Below are positions 48,479 through 57,452 of a DNA stretch of 64,000 nt, in pieces. Made by a program: the position numbers and the translations under genes. Within the stretch, counting starts at the first letter, position 1, and every line of letters begins with the position of its first letter. The notes beneath the pieces are model-generated. The model was not told the origin of the DNA and did no database searches. It saw only the letters and a program-made list of their open reading frames with translations. Source of the stretch: a virus; the IMG/VR virus record IMGVR_UViG_3300012013_001209; one strand, written 5' to 3'.

Positions 48479-48868
48479 TTATTGATTGAAAACGAGTTTG
48501 TTCTTTGACCAGGCCAACGCCCCGCCGAGCCGGACGCCTGTCCAAATACACCACCGGGTCAACCAGGAGGTGCCGTAAATCTTCATCACCTGAAACAGAA
48601 TATGGTCTGCCTGCCTACGAGTGAAGAACCTTTGCAGACTGCGGTAAATCACATCATGCACGATGGCCGCCACCCCGTAACGCTGCCCGTTCGGAGGGAA
48701 GATACTCCAGAGGAGCCGAGGTACGCTGGCGTAGTCCGTGATGAATCCCTCGGGCACAATGAAGGGCTCGGGCCATCCGGGGACCACGACACGCATCTCC
48801 TTCATGACGGTCCAGGTGCCGTCGAGATTGTCCTGCATCACAGGCTTGTAGAGTTCGCAGGGACTCAT
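48479..48868 (-). CDS. DUF1353 family protein
   Basis: VPEGFITDYASVPRLLW...AAIVHDVIY...ADHIL. Start set at ATG 48868 (ATGA overlap). Confidence 0.88.
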   Translation of the reverse strand: MSPCELYKPVMQDNLDGTWTVMKEMRVVVPGWPEPFIVPEGFITDYASVPRLLWSIFPPNGQRYGVAAIVHDVIYRSLQRFFTRRQADHILFQVMKIYGTSWLTRWCIWTGVRLGGALAWSKNKLVFNQ

Positions 48869-49482
48869 GGCCGGAGAGATCTGGTCAGCGCCGTCGTGAC
48901 TCCGTCCGCGATGGATTTGGAGGCCTCCGACTGGTTCTGATTGAGGCTCCCCAACATGAGCATGCGGGTGCCGTTCGGGAGGACCATGACGAACAACTGT
49001 TGGGCGATCACGTTGGTGCCCAGCGCGGCCCTCACGAACTTGTGGTCTCCGGCCTGGTAGCGCGTGACAGTGCAGGCGGTGAGCAGGCAGAGGATGAACG
49101 CGAGCAGTATCCGGATGACCGGAGGAGTCACCACGAACGTCAACGATGGAGCACCAGGCGCCGATCTTGGATTCGGGACACAGCATTGTTTTCGGGCGTC
49201 CGGATTGAATTTGCGCCAATTGCCGTGATGCCCCAATTTCAAATGACATTGATGCCCGATGGCTTCACACAATGTGAGCAAATTGGTGGGATCCAATTCG
49301 CGCGATGGATTGATGTGAAACGGTTCGCAATGATGAACCTCCAAATTCGATATTCTTCCACACCCGCGGCACCAGCCCTCAATGGCCAGATGTGCGCGAC
49401 GAATCGTCGGCCAATGCGAGCTGCGCTTAGGAGCACCTCGCTCAGCCAGAGCCTTGTCGATGGTCACGAAGGGATTGCGCAT
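48865..49482 (-). CDS. HNH endonuclease continuous in frame with a lipoprotein-like C-terminal half
   Basis: CRGCG...LEVHHCEPF...NLLTLCE...CHLKLGH, followed by RILLAFILCLLTAC (lipobox). Confidence 0.75.
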   Translation of the reverse strand: MRNPFVTIDKALAERGAPKRSSHWPTIRRAHLAIEGWCRGCGRISNLEVHHCEPFHINPSRELDPTNLLTLCEAIGHQCHLKLGHHGNWRKFNPDARKQCCVPNPRSAPGAPSLTFVVTPPVIRILLAFILCLLTACTVTRYQAGDHKFVRAALGTNVIAQQLFVMVLPNGTRMLMLGSLNQNQSEASKSIADGVTTALTRSLRP

Positions 49483-49548
49483 GCATTTAATTTACGTTTG
49501 CGGACGGGTAATGTCCAGCCTGGAATTGCCTTGCCGCCGCTCAGGGCT

Positions 49549-49872
49549 TCACCGCTTCACCGCACGTTGCAGCTCCTTCAGATCCTCTTGCTGCGCCTGA
49601 GTCAACGTGCGCAATGCCGAGATGGCCTTATCGTTTTCACGGTCGACTCTCTCGATCCGGGCGTGCAGTTCGGTTTGCATCCTTTTCGCTTCGATGAAGT
49701 CATGCTGCAGTCGGGAGACTCGTTCTCCCGTGACCGCATTCCCGGCCCAGAACGACAGGAAGCCGGAGAGGATGCCGACGGCGATGCCGAGATACGCAAC
49801 GGTTTCTTTTTTGCCGTTGGCGTTCGTTCGCATCTCCCGCAAGAGTTGGAGGATTTCTTCATTTCCGGGCAT
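49549..49872 (-). CDS. Single-TM plus coiled-coil protein (holin/spanin-like)
   Basis: YLGIAVGILSGFLSFWAG TM followed by heptads. Confidence 0.6.
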   Translation of the reverse strand: MPGNEEILQLLREMRTNANGKKETVAYLGIAVGILSGFLSFWAGNAVTGERVSRLQHDFIEAKRMQTELHARIERVDRENDKAISALRTLTQAQQEDLKELQRAVKR

Positions 49873-50389
49873 ATTGTCTAGGTAAGCAGGCTTTCAGCAT
49901 GACGATGCACTCCGTTCGATCACCCTCGACGAACTTGCGTTCCATGCTCTGCGAGAATCGGATCACGTTTTCCTTTGTGCGGGAGTAAGGCATTCGCTCG
50001 TTCCAGCCGAGCATCGCGACGGGTTCTCCGTCACGGTAGAGCCACCAGCCCTTTGTTTTGATCAAAATCATCGCGCCGGTCGTCTGATCCTTCGCGCAGA
50101 ACGTGTCGTGGAACACGGCGCGCAACTCCTTCGATTTGTCCATTGATCTACGCACCGTCACACGGTCATCGTCCGCCCACAGCATCGCGTCGAAACCCTC
50201 GTAGGTCGTGGGGTATTTTCCAGGCGGCAGCCCATACACCCGGCAGATCGCCGTGTTTCCGTAGAGTTCGCCGGTCTCCAGATCCCACCACCAGTAGCCG
50301 CGCCCGATGGCGTAGCCCCATGCGATTTTCAGGCGCATGAGCCATCTACGCCACCAGGGCCACGGCAGGAGTTTGGCGGGTGTGAACAT
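49859..50389 (-). CDS. Stand-alone PAS (PAS_3-like) domain protein (176 aa)
   Basis: YWWWDLETGELYGNTAICRVYGLPPGKYPTTYEGFDAMLWADDDRV...IKTKG...RDGEPVAMLG matches the PAS/PAC pattern. Confidence 0.75.
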   Translation of the reverse strand: MFTPAKLLPWPWWRRWLMRLKIAWGYAIGRGYWWWDLETGELYGNTAICRVYGLPPGKYPTTYEGFDAMLWADDDRVTVRRSMDKSKELRAVFHDTFCAKDQTTGAMILIKTKGWWLYRDGEPVAMLGWNERMPYSRTKENVIRFSQSMERKFVEGDRTECIVMLKACLPRQYARK

Positions 50390-50395
50390 CGGCGA

Positions 50396-50731
50396 TTAAA
50401 CCGTGATCAGGATTTTCCCGTCCACCACCGTGAACGGCTTCACCTTCGCAATGGCCGCGTTGATGAGAGCCAGTTCCGGCGCCGGCGGATTCTGCGCGAC
50501 GAGGAACGCTACCAGCTCCCTGGAGCGCGTGAAAAGTTCCACCGAGGAGCCGCCATCGGCTTCGAGTGCGTCGAGCACGGCCTGCGGGTCGGCATCATTC
50601 CAGAGGAGATCGATCCCCTGCTCCCACTGGTGGAGGGTCTGGTTGAAGATCTGCGCGGTGCTCTGACGAAGCTGGCGGGCTTTCTGAGCGGCGGGCGAAA
50701 CGGTGTTTTCGATCGGATTGAGTAGGGACAT
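50396..50731 (-). CDS. Hypothetical helical protein (111 aa)
   Basis: ORF directly downstream of the sulfotransferase; A/C-rich leader. Confidence 0.65.
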   Translation of the reverse strand: MSLLNPIENTVSPAAQKARQLRQSTAQIFNQTLHQWEQGIDLLWNDADPQAVLDALEADGGSSVELFTRSRELVAFLVAQNPPAPELALINAAIAKVKPFTVVDGKILITV

Positions 50732-50752
50732 ATATGTGGTTGGTGGTTGATT

Positions 50753-51583
50753 TTAATAGCCGAGGGCGGAGAAATACCAGTCGAAGTCCTTGCGGATGAC
50801 ATCGGAGAGCTTGTCGGGCAGCACGCCATTCCAGTCTTTCAGAGGGGCAATCTTGCCGACGACGTTGTGATCCCCGAACACCCCATACTGCTTGGTGTCC
50901 TCCTCGACTTCTTTCCTGATGTTGTCGAAGTCGTGGGCGAACTCCGGGAGCTTGAGGTAGGCGTAGATGCGGCTCATCGTGGCCGCTGGAGCTTTGGTCA
51001 AGTCCTCGCACTTCACGAAAAGAACCTTCTCGGCGGTGCCGTCCATGAACAGTCCGCGCAAACGATTGAGGGCAAGGCCGACCGGAGGCGATCCTACGTT
51101 CGGGTTGTTGGCAATCGGCTGGGCGTTCAAATTGAGCCAGTTGAAAACCCGTGCATCGAGTTGCAGCGGAAGGGCCGCGCACTCCGTGGTGTCGGTGTTC
51201 TTTCGGTAGAGGCGCTCCATGCTGGCGATGATGCCCCGGAGGTCGCGCACCATGACGATCATCTTGGGCTGGTCGGCCCATGTGCTCGTCCAGTTGTAGT
51301 TCGCGGCCCAGCCACGATTCTTGTCGCACACGATAGGGCGGTCGGTGATGGCGGAGTAGTAGCCCTCGGCAGCGGCCTTGCAGGTGCGGGCAAACGCTGT
51401 CCGCATGAGGTCGCGGGGTTGGGACTGCACTTCCGTCAGCCCGGTGTTGGCCCGCATCCCGTAAAGGAACTCCAGCAGGGGTGAGGTAGCGGAGCCGTAG
51501 ATGTCCGGGTTCTGGTGAAGCAGGACTTGCAGCAATTCGGAGCCGCTGCGGGGCATTGATGAGTTGAACAGGATTTTTTTCAT
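50753..51583 (-). CDS. PAPS-dependent sulfotransferase family protein
   Basis: 5'-PSB loop SSMPRSGSELL and 3'-PB motif RDLRGIIAS. Start set at ATG 51583. Confidence 0.85.
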   Translation of the reverse strand: MKKILFNSSMPRSGSELLQVLLHQNPDIYGSATSPLLEFLYGMRANTGLTEVQSQPRDLMRTAFARTCKAAAEGYYSAITDRPIVCDKNRGWAANYNWTSTWADQPKMIVMVRDLRGIIASMERLYRKNTDTTECAALPLQLDARVFNWLNLNAQPIANNPNVGSPPVGLALNRLRGLFMDGTAEKVLFVKCEDLTKAPAATMSRIYAYLKLPEFAHDFDNIRKEVEEDTKQYGVFGDHNVVGKIAPLKDWNGVLPDKLSDVIRKDFDWYFSALGY

Positions 51584-51591
51584 GAGAGTAT

Positions 51592-54500
51592 TTACCCGAC
51601 TTGAGTGATATTGACCTGCGCCGTCCACTTGATGTTGGTCGCCGCAACTCCGGTGCCTTCGATCTTGAGTGCGTCGTTGGTGTTGTCAGCCGTAATAGCG
51701 ATGGTCGCAGTTAGTCCACCACCCAGCACGTTATCCGTCCCGATGGTGTCGAGAGCCGAGATTGTCACCGCCCCGGCGTTGTTGCCGATCAGACCGCGAC
51801 GAGTCCATGTCTTTGCATTGGCCGTGGCGGTTTCCCGCGCCACAATTATCGCCACGAAAGACCAAGTGGAGTTAGCCGGGATGTTGATGCGGTTCGTCGC
51901 ACCCTCCGCTGCGCCGCCAAGGGTAAGCGTGGTCGGGGTGGCGTCGGTCGTGGAGGCTTTGGCTACTACGTCGATGATGCGGGCAAACTCCCCGCCGCCG
52001 TGGACACGGGCGTAGTCGAGGGTGTTGCTGTTCGCGTTGTAGCCGCTGATCTGGCAGTAGTCGCCGGTGTTGCTGTAGTTGCTTTGGCCGCTGATCTGGC
52101 AGCGGCTGCCGGAGTTGTTGTAGTTGTTGTAGCCGCTGATCTGGCAGTAGTAGCCGGTGTTGCCGGTGTTGCTGTAGCCGCTGATCTGGCAGTATCTGCC
52201 GCTGTTGCTGTAGTTGCCTTGGCCGCTGATCTGGGAGCGGCTGCCGCTGTTGCTGTGGTTGTTTTGGCCGCTGATCTGGCAGTAGTAGCCGGTGTTGCCG
52301 GAGTTGGCGTAGCCGCTGATCTGGCAGTAGTAGCCGGTGTTGCCGGAGTTGGCGTAGCCGCTGATATGGGAGTGGGTGCCGGAGTTGCTGTAGTTGTTCT
52401 GGCCGCTGATCTGGCAGTAGTGGCCGGTGTTGCTGTGGTTGGTGTAGCCGCTGATCTGGCAGAAGCTGCCGGTGTTGCCGGTGTGGGCGTAGCCGCTGAT
52501 CTGGCAGTAGAGGCCGCTATTGCCGGAGTTGCCGGAACCGCTGATATGGGAGTGGGTGCCGGAGTTGCTGTAGTTGTTCTGGCCGCTGATCTGGCAGTGG
52601 GTGCCGGAGTTGCTGTAGTTGTTCTGGCCGCTGATCTGGCAGGAGTTGCCGGAGTTGCTGTAGTTGCTGATGCCGCTGATCTGGCAATAGCGGCCGCTGT
52701 TGCTGTTGTTGCCGTAGCCGCTGATCTGGCACCAGCTGCCGGTGTTGCCGGTGTTGGCGTAGCCGCTGATCTGGCAGGAGTTGCCGGAGTTGCTGGAGTT
52801 GCCGTGGCCGCTGATCTGGCAGTAAGAGCCGGAGTTGCCGGAGTTGCCGTAGCCGCTGATCGAGCAGCGGCTGCCGGTGTTGCTGTAGTTGTTGCGGCCG
52901 CTGATCTGGCAGTAGCTGCCGGTGTTGCCGGAGTTGCCGTAGCCGCTGATCTGGCAGTAGCTGCCGGAAGATGAGTTACCGCTACCACTGATGAGGTTAA
53001 AGCTATCCACCGACCACGACGCAGAGGTGTTGGTGACGATGGAGTTGGTGGAGATCGTGATGCGCTGATTGAGGCCGAGTTGAATGATCTCAGAGGCATC
53101 ATTCGCCTGCACCGTCACAAAGCCCGTGCTCAGATTGTGAATGGTGACTTCCCAACCGAGCACAAGGGTCGTCACGTCGGGCATGACGAGCGTTTGCGTC
53201 GTCGATCCCGTGAACTCTTGGAATGTCGCACTCGTCACAGTGAGCGTGGTGGTGCCCGCTGCCGTGGCGGTCGTGGCGAAGGAAACGGTCGGCACTACCG
53301 CCCACACTGCCGCACCTTCGGTCACGTCCGTGCATTCATACCTGGTTCCATCCGCCATTTCCCACGTCGTGTCCGTGGTGTAGCCGAGCGTGGTGTCGTC
53401 GGTGACGGTTGGGGTTGCCGGGGCGTAGAGGACTTTGCGAACCGTCGTGCTATTGTCCGAGAGGACGAACAGGAAGCCGAGGGCAAACTTGTACTCGTAG
53501 CCCGCAGAGCAAATGATTGAGAATCCTGCGTCTCCGGCAATGCCCATGTCCTGCGTGCTCTGCTGCCACTTGGAGCCGTTGAACAGATTGACGATTGCAT
53601 CCTCATCCATCGTGCCGCCCGCGAGAGGGAGCTTGGTGGCGTCGCCGCCGCCGCCGCCGCTGCTCGCAGTCGTGAGCACGCAGCGCCATTTGGACGTGAC
53701 TGCGTTCCAGACGAACAGCACGTCGAGCCGGTCGGTCGAGACGGTCGTGGTCGGCAGGGCGGCTGCACCATTCTCGAAGGATGCGCCCCATGTGATGGCC
53801 CGTGCCGCCGTGCCCTTGACGGAAATCCAAAGTGCCTGCCCGTTCGTCGGCGTGCCGCTGAGATTGCTGGTGAAGGATGTAATGTCCGCCGCCTGCGCCG
53901 TGAGGTCGTAGCGATCCACGTTGTCGGTGTTGATCGTCGGCGTGGTCGAGGAAGTCGCGGAGCCGATGCGCGGAGTGATGCGCTTGTTCGTGAGTGTCTC
54001 CGTGACAGCGGCCAGCAACGCTGCCTGCGCCGTCGCATCCGCCGCCTGGAGCATCGCAAGCCCGGCAGCCGTGATGCCGGTGATGTTGGCCTGGCCGACG
54101 ATCCAGCTCGTGCCCACCGATGCCTGCGTGCCACCTGCGTTGTCTCCGACGCACATGATGAGATCCGCGACCTCCACGACGACGCCGGATGCGCCGCCGA
54201 CCTTGCCCGCGACCGAACAGCGGTAATAATCTCCGTTCAGTGCGGCCGGGTAATTCGGGTTGGCGCTGCAATCCAGTGGTCCTTTGTTTTTCGCGACGCC
54301 GGCCAGGACGCTTGCGACGTAGGTGCGGGTGGCTTTTTGACTGGCGACCCTGGTATCGCTGTTTGCCGCCATCGTGCCATCGGTGTCGAGGGCGCTGGCA
54401 TCGAGCTTGTCTCCCAACGCGGTTGTCGCGTCGTCGGCTGTTGCTTGTGCAGCTGCCGCGGCAGTTCGTGAGACGTGGTCCGAAGCTGTCACCACCCCGT

Positions 54501-54651
54501 CCTCATCTCGGGAATAAATAGCCAAATCGGTACCGACGAATAAACGCACTTCATCCACAACCGCATTCGGGATCGAAGCACCCGAGGGTGCGACTTTGTT
54601 GAGGATCAGAGAATCCTCAGCGTTCAGGTTGTCGATGTGTTTTGTGCCCAT
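51592..54651 (-). CDS. Mosaic tail fibre/receptor-binding protein with beta-helix repeat block (1019 aa)
   Basis: Fibre-type modules (TETLTNKRITP, TTTLTVTS...GSTTQTL), 21 x 15-aa repeats, C-terminal beta-sandwich-like tip. Confidence 0.8.
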   Translation of the reverse strand: MGTKHIDNLNAEDSLILNKVAPSGASIPNAVVDEVRLFVGTDLAIYSRDEDGVVTASDHVSRTAAAAAQATADDATTALGDKLDASALDTDGTMAANSDTRVASQKATRTYVASVLAGVAKNKGPLDCSANPNYPAALNGDYYRCSVAGKVGGASGVVVEVADLIMCVGDNAGGTQASVGTSWIVGQANITGITAAGLAMLQAADATAQAALLAAVTETLTNKRITPRIGSATSSTTPTINTDNVDRYDLTAQAADITSFTSNLSGTPTNGQALWISVKGTAARAITWGASFENGAAALPTTTVSTDRLDVLFVWNAVTSKWRCVLTTASSGGGGGDATKLPLAGGTMDEDAIVNLFNGSKWQQSTQDMGIAGDAGFSIICSAGYEYKFALGFLFVLSDNSTTVRKVLYAPATPTVTDDTTLGYTTDTTWEMADGTRYECTDVTEGAAVWAVVPTVSFATTATAAGTTTLTVTSATFQEFTGSTTQTLVMPDVTTLVLGWEVTIHNLSTGFVTVQANDASEIIQLGLNQRITISTNSIVTNTSASWSVDSFNLISGSGNSSSGSYCQISGYGNSGNTGSYCQISGRNNYSNTGSRCSISGYGNSGNSGSYCQISGHGNSSNSGNSCQISGYANTGNTGSWCQISGYGNNSNSGRYCQISGISNYSNSGNSCQISGQNNYSNSGTHCQISGQNNYSNSGTHSHISGSGNSGNSGLYCQISGYAHTGNTGSFCQISGYTNHSNTGHYCQISGQNNYSNSGTHSHISGYANSGNTGYYCQISGYANSGNTGYYCQISGQNNHSNSGSRSQISGQGNYSNSGRYCQISGYSNTGNTGYYCQISGYNNYNNSGSRCQISGQSNYSNTGDYCQISGYNANSNTLDYARVHGGGEFARIIDVVAKASTTDATPTTLTLGGAAEGATNRINIPANSTWSFVAIIVARETATANAKTWTRRGLIGNNAGAVTISALDTIGTDNVLGGGLTATIAITADNTNDALKIEGTGVAATNIKWTAQVNITQVG
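52015..52959 (-). repeat. 21 in-register 45-bp repeats (xCQISGxxNxxNxGx)
   Basis: Counted manually: 21 x 45 = 945 bp with no indels. Confidence 0.92.
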
Positions 54652-57452
54652 CAGTGTGTGTAGTTGAAACTTACCGTGAAATAATACGAGGTGCCATCAT
54701 AAAACCACTTGATCAAATCATCCTTCGTTACCGATGGTGACGTCGAGAGCGTCACCACGTTAGCCGCCACGCCAGAACCCTGCGGACCCAATTTCGCGTT
54801 TTCGTCACTAAACGTCAGAGTCCATGCACTTGCATTCGCCGTCGATGTTACCCTGATCGTCCCGCTCATTCCAGCCGCAGGCGTTCCTGCCATCACAATT
54901 GTGCTGTTCGCCACTACCGTCATTGTGGCGTTCTGATGGAAATACCCAGTGAGCAATGTGAATGTGAAGGCGTTCACGACCGGCGTCAGAGCTGTGACGA
55001 TTGGGTTCACGGAAAATGTTCCACCGGATACTGTCGGCACAGCCACCGTGTTCAGGGACGTGGCAGTGGCAACTCCCAATGTTGGAGTGACGAGTGAGAC
55101 GCCGTCTTGGATTTTCGCCGAGGTGACAGCCCCCGTATTGATTTTCGCCGTGGTCACACTGTTCGTAGCCAAGTCGTCGGCCGTAATTGTGGCATCGAGA
55201 ATTTTCGCCGAGGTGACAGCCCCCGTATCGATTTTCGCCGAGGTGACAGCCCCCGTATTGATTTTCGCCGTGGTGACATTGGAGTCGTAAATCTTGTCTG
55301 CGGTGACACTGTTCGTAGCCAAATCGGCGTTCAAAATTGACCCGTCTTGAATCTTGGCGCCAGTGACATTTCCGTCCGCGATTTTTGTGGTGGTGACACT
55401 GTCCGATGCGAGATTGGCAGCTGTAATTGTGGTGCCGGCAATCTTGGCACCGGTGATGGTGGCGGCTGCCAAATCGGCTGCCACAATTGTCCCGTCCGCG
55501 ATTTTTGCCGAGGTGACACTGTCCGTAGCCAAATCGGCGGCCACAATTGTCCCGTCCGCGATTTTTGCCGAGGTGACACTGTCCGTAGCCAGATCGGCGG
55601 CCACAATTGTCCCATCGAGAATCTTCGCCGAGATGACACTGTCCACCGCCAGATTGTCGAACGTAATTGTGGTGGCCGCAATCTTGGCGCCGGTGATGGT
55701 GGCGTCGAGAATCTTTGCCGCGGTGACAGCCCCCGTTGCAATATCCGCCGTACCCACTGCTCCAGCCGAAAATACCGGATTGTTCAGCGTCGGCGCGGTG
55801 AGTATGATGCTGGCTGCAATATCCGCCGTGCCGATGGCGTTCGCTGAGAATATCGGGTTTGTGAGCGTGGGGCTGGTGAGTGTGACTCCAGACGCAATTT
55901 TCGCCGTGGTGACAGCTCCCGCTGCAATATCCGCAGTGCCGACGGCGTTCGCTGAGAATATAGGGTTTGTAAGCGTCGGCGTGACGAGCGTGACACTGGC
56001 TGCGATGGCTGCCGTATCCACAGACCCCGCAGCAAATGTCGGATTGGGATACGTGCCCGCCAACACACCCCCAGCCGCCGAGCCTGGCAGCAGACCGGGT
56101 GACGCAGTGGAAACTGCAGTGATCTGGCCTTGCGCATTCACCGTGATGATTGGGATGGCCCCGGCGCTGCCGTAAGTATTCGCCGCAACTCCAGTCGTGG
56201 CCAATTTCGCGGTGGTGACATTGGCATCGAGAATTTTCGCCGTGATGACACTGTCCGATGCAAGATTGGCAGCCGTAATTGTGGTGCCGGCAATCTTGGC
56301 GCCGGTGACTGCGAGCGCCTGAATATTGCCAGTGGCCACAGAGTCCGTCGCAAGTGCCGCATTGGCGACACTGCCGTTGTTCAACGTGAAGCCGCCGCCC
56401 CAGGTGCCAGCGAGCACACCGCTTCCGCTGATGGATCCGAGAAATGAATCAGCCGAACTGGAATTCATTTTCCCCTGCATGAAACTGGAGATCTGCACCT
56501 GACTGAAAGCACTGGTGGCCCCAGTGGAAACCAGCATGTAGCCCGAGCCCGTCATGGCTGACAGTCCGGTGCCGCCGTAGGCTACGCCGAGCGGATTCGT
56601 AGGAGTCAAATTGGTGGCGATCAAATCCCCTCCCACAGTCATCGGGATGCTTGTCGTGAGAATTCCGCCGTTGTTGTAGAGCGAAGCCCCACCAATCAGA
56701 AATTTTCCCGACGAGGTCGCATTGGGGAATGTGGCAATGGAATTGCAAGTGAACGTCGTGCCCACTCCAGCTCCAGTCGTGAGAGCGCCGGTGAATGTGC
56801 CGCTCGCAAAGGTGACGGCATTCGCAGTGCCAAGGCCGGCAGCATTTGCCACTGTGGCTCCTGAGGCCGCCGTCCACGTGGTACCATTGCCGACGATGAC
56901 ATTGGATCCTGGGGTCAGGGCGGCGAGAGTTGTCAGGTCGGCATCGTATGCCTGGACATTTGTGCCGATGACCAGCCCGAGGGCGGAACGGAAACTGGTT
57001 GCGGAGGGACCATCGATGGTGATCGCATTGTTGCCGCTGATTGTGAGGCCGCCGGTGAGGGTGGTGGCACCGCTGAATGAGTTTGATCCCAGCCAGGTGT
57101 TGGTTCCGGTCAGGGTGATGACGGAGCCGCCGGAAGAAATAGTGCCGGTGACATTCAGATTGCCGGTGACGGTGAGAATATTGGAAGCACTACGCCAGAT
57201 GGCAACGTCCGAACCCATTCGGATGCCCTGGGTGATCAGCGTAGGAGTGCCGCCGGGAAAAATGTGAATGGCTCCGGTGCCGACCGTGACATTATTTGCT
57301 GCCGCGACGACGAGGGCTCCAATATTATTTGCGGTCTGACCATTACCGTCCAGTGTCGTGGTCAGTTTCCCGTTGGTGATGGGCTGCACGGTGGCCGCGT
57401 GCGTCGTGGCCAGGCTCAGGAATGCCCAGAGTAGGAGTCTCAATTTATTCAT
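54651..57452 (-). CDS. Long fibre-like protein with VTxAKI/IVAADLA repeats and an apparent N-terminal signal peptide
   Basis: Start set at ATG 57452 (ATGA overlap): MNKLRLLLWAFLSLATTHAA; repeats such as DSVTSAKIADGTIVAADLA. Confidence 0.75.
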   Translation of the reverse strand: MNKLRLLLWAFLSLATTHAATVQPITNGKLTTTLDGNGQTANNIGALVVAAANNVTVGTGAIHIFPGGTPTLITQGIRMGSDVAIWRSASNILTVTGNLNVTGTISSGGSVITLTGTNTWLGSNSFSGATTLTGGLTISGNNAITIDGPSATSFRSALGLVIGTNVQAYDADLTTLAALTPGSNVIVGNGTTWTAASGATVANAAGLGTANAVTFASGTFTGALTTGAGVGTTFTCNSIATFPNATSSGKFLIGGASLYNNGGILTTSIPMTVGGDLIATNLTPTNPLGVAYGGTGLSAMTGSGYMLVSTGATSAFSQVQISSFMQGKMNSSSADSFLGSISGSGVLAGTWGGGFTLNNGSVANAALATDSVATGNIQALAVTGAKIAGTTITAANLASDSVITAKILDANVTTAKLATTGVAANTYGSAGAIPIITVNAQGQITAVSTASPGLLPGSAAGGVLAGTYPNPTFAAGSVDTAAIAASVTLVTPTLTNPIFSANAVGTADIAAGAVTTAKIASGVTLTSPTLTNPIFSANAIGTADIAASIILTAPTLNNPVFSAGAVGTADIATGAVTAAKILDATITGAKIAATTITFDNLAVDSVISAKILDGTIVAADLATDSVTSAKIADGTIVAADLATDSVTSAKIADGTIVAADLAAATITGAKIAGTTITAANLASDSVTTTKIADGNVTGAKIQDGSILNADLATNSVTADKIYDSNVTTAKINTGAVTSAKIDTGAVTSAKILDATITADDLATNSVTTAKINTGAVTSAKIQDGVSLVTPTLGVATATSLNTVAVPTVSGGTFSVNPIVTALTPVVNAFTFTLLTGYFHQNATMTVVANSTIVMAGTPAAGMSGTIRVTSTANASAWTLTFSDENAKLGPQGSGVAANVVTLSTSPSVTKDDLIKWFYDGTSYYFTVSFNYTH
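55100..56330 (-). repeat. Array of 10/20-aa (30/60-bp) degenerate repeats
   Basis: e.g. 60-bp copies at ~55483-55620 and 30-bp copies at ~55201-55270; boundaries approximate. Confidence 0.8.

Noticed and set aside
52015-52959. Diversity-generating retroelement target (many variable codons are NNC, as from AAC mutagenesis)
   Set aside because: No reverse transcriptase or template repeat in the window. CAG/CAA and TGG codons occur at variable sites, and C-ending codons fit general codon bias. Worth rechecking only if an RT is found elsewhere in the genome.
51966-53102. Long ORFs 51966..53102 (+) and 52000..52974 (-)
   Set aside because: Shadow frames produced by the 45-bp repeat array of the fibre gene.
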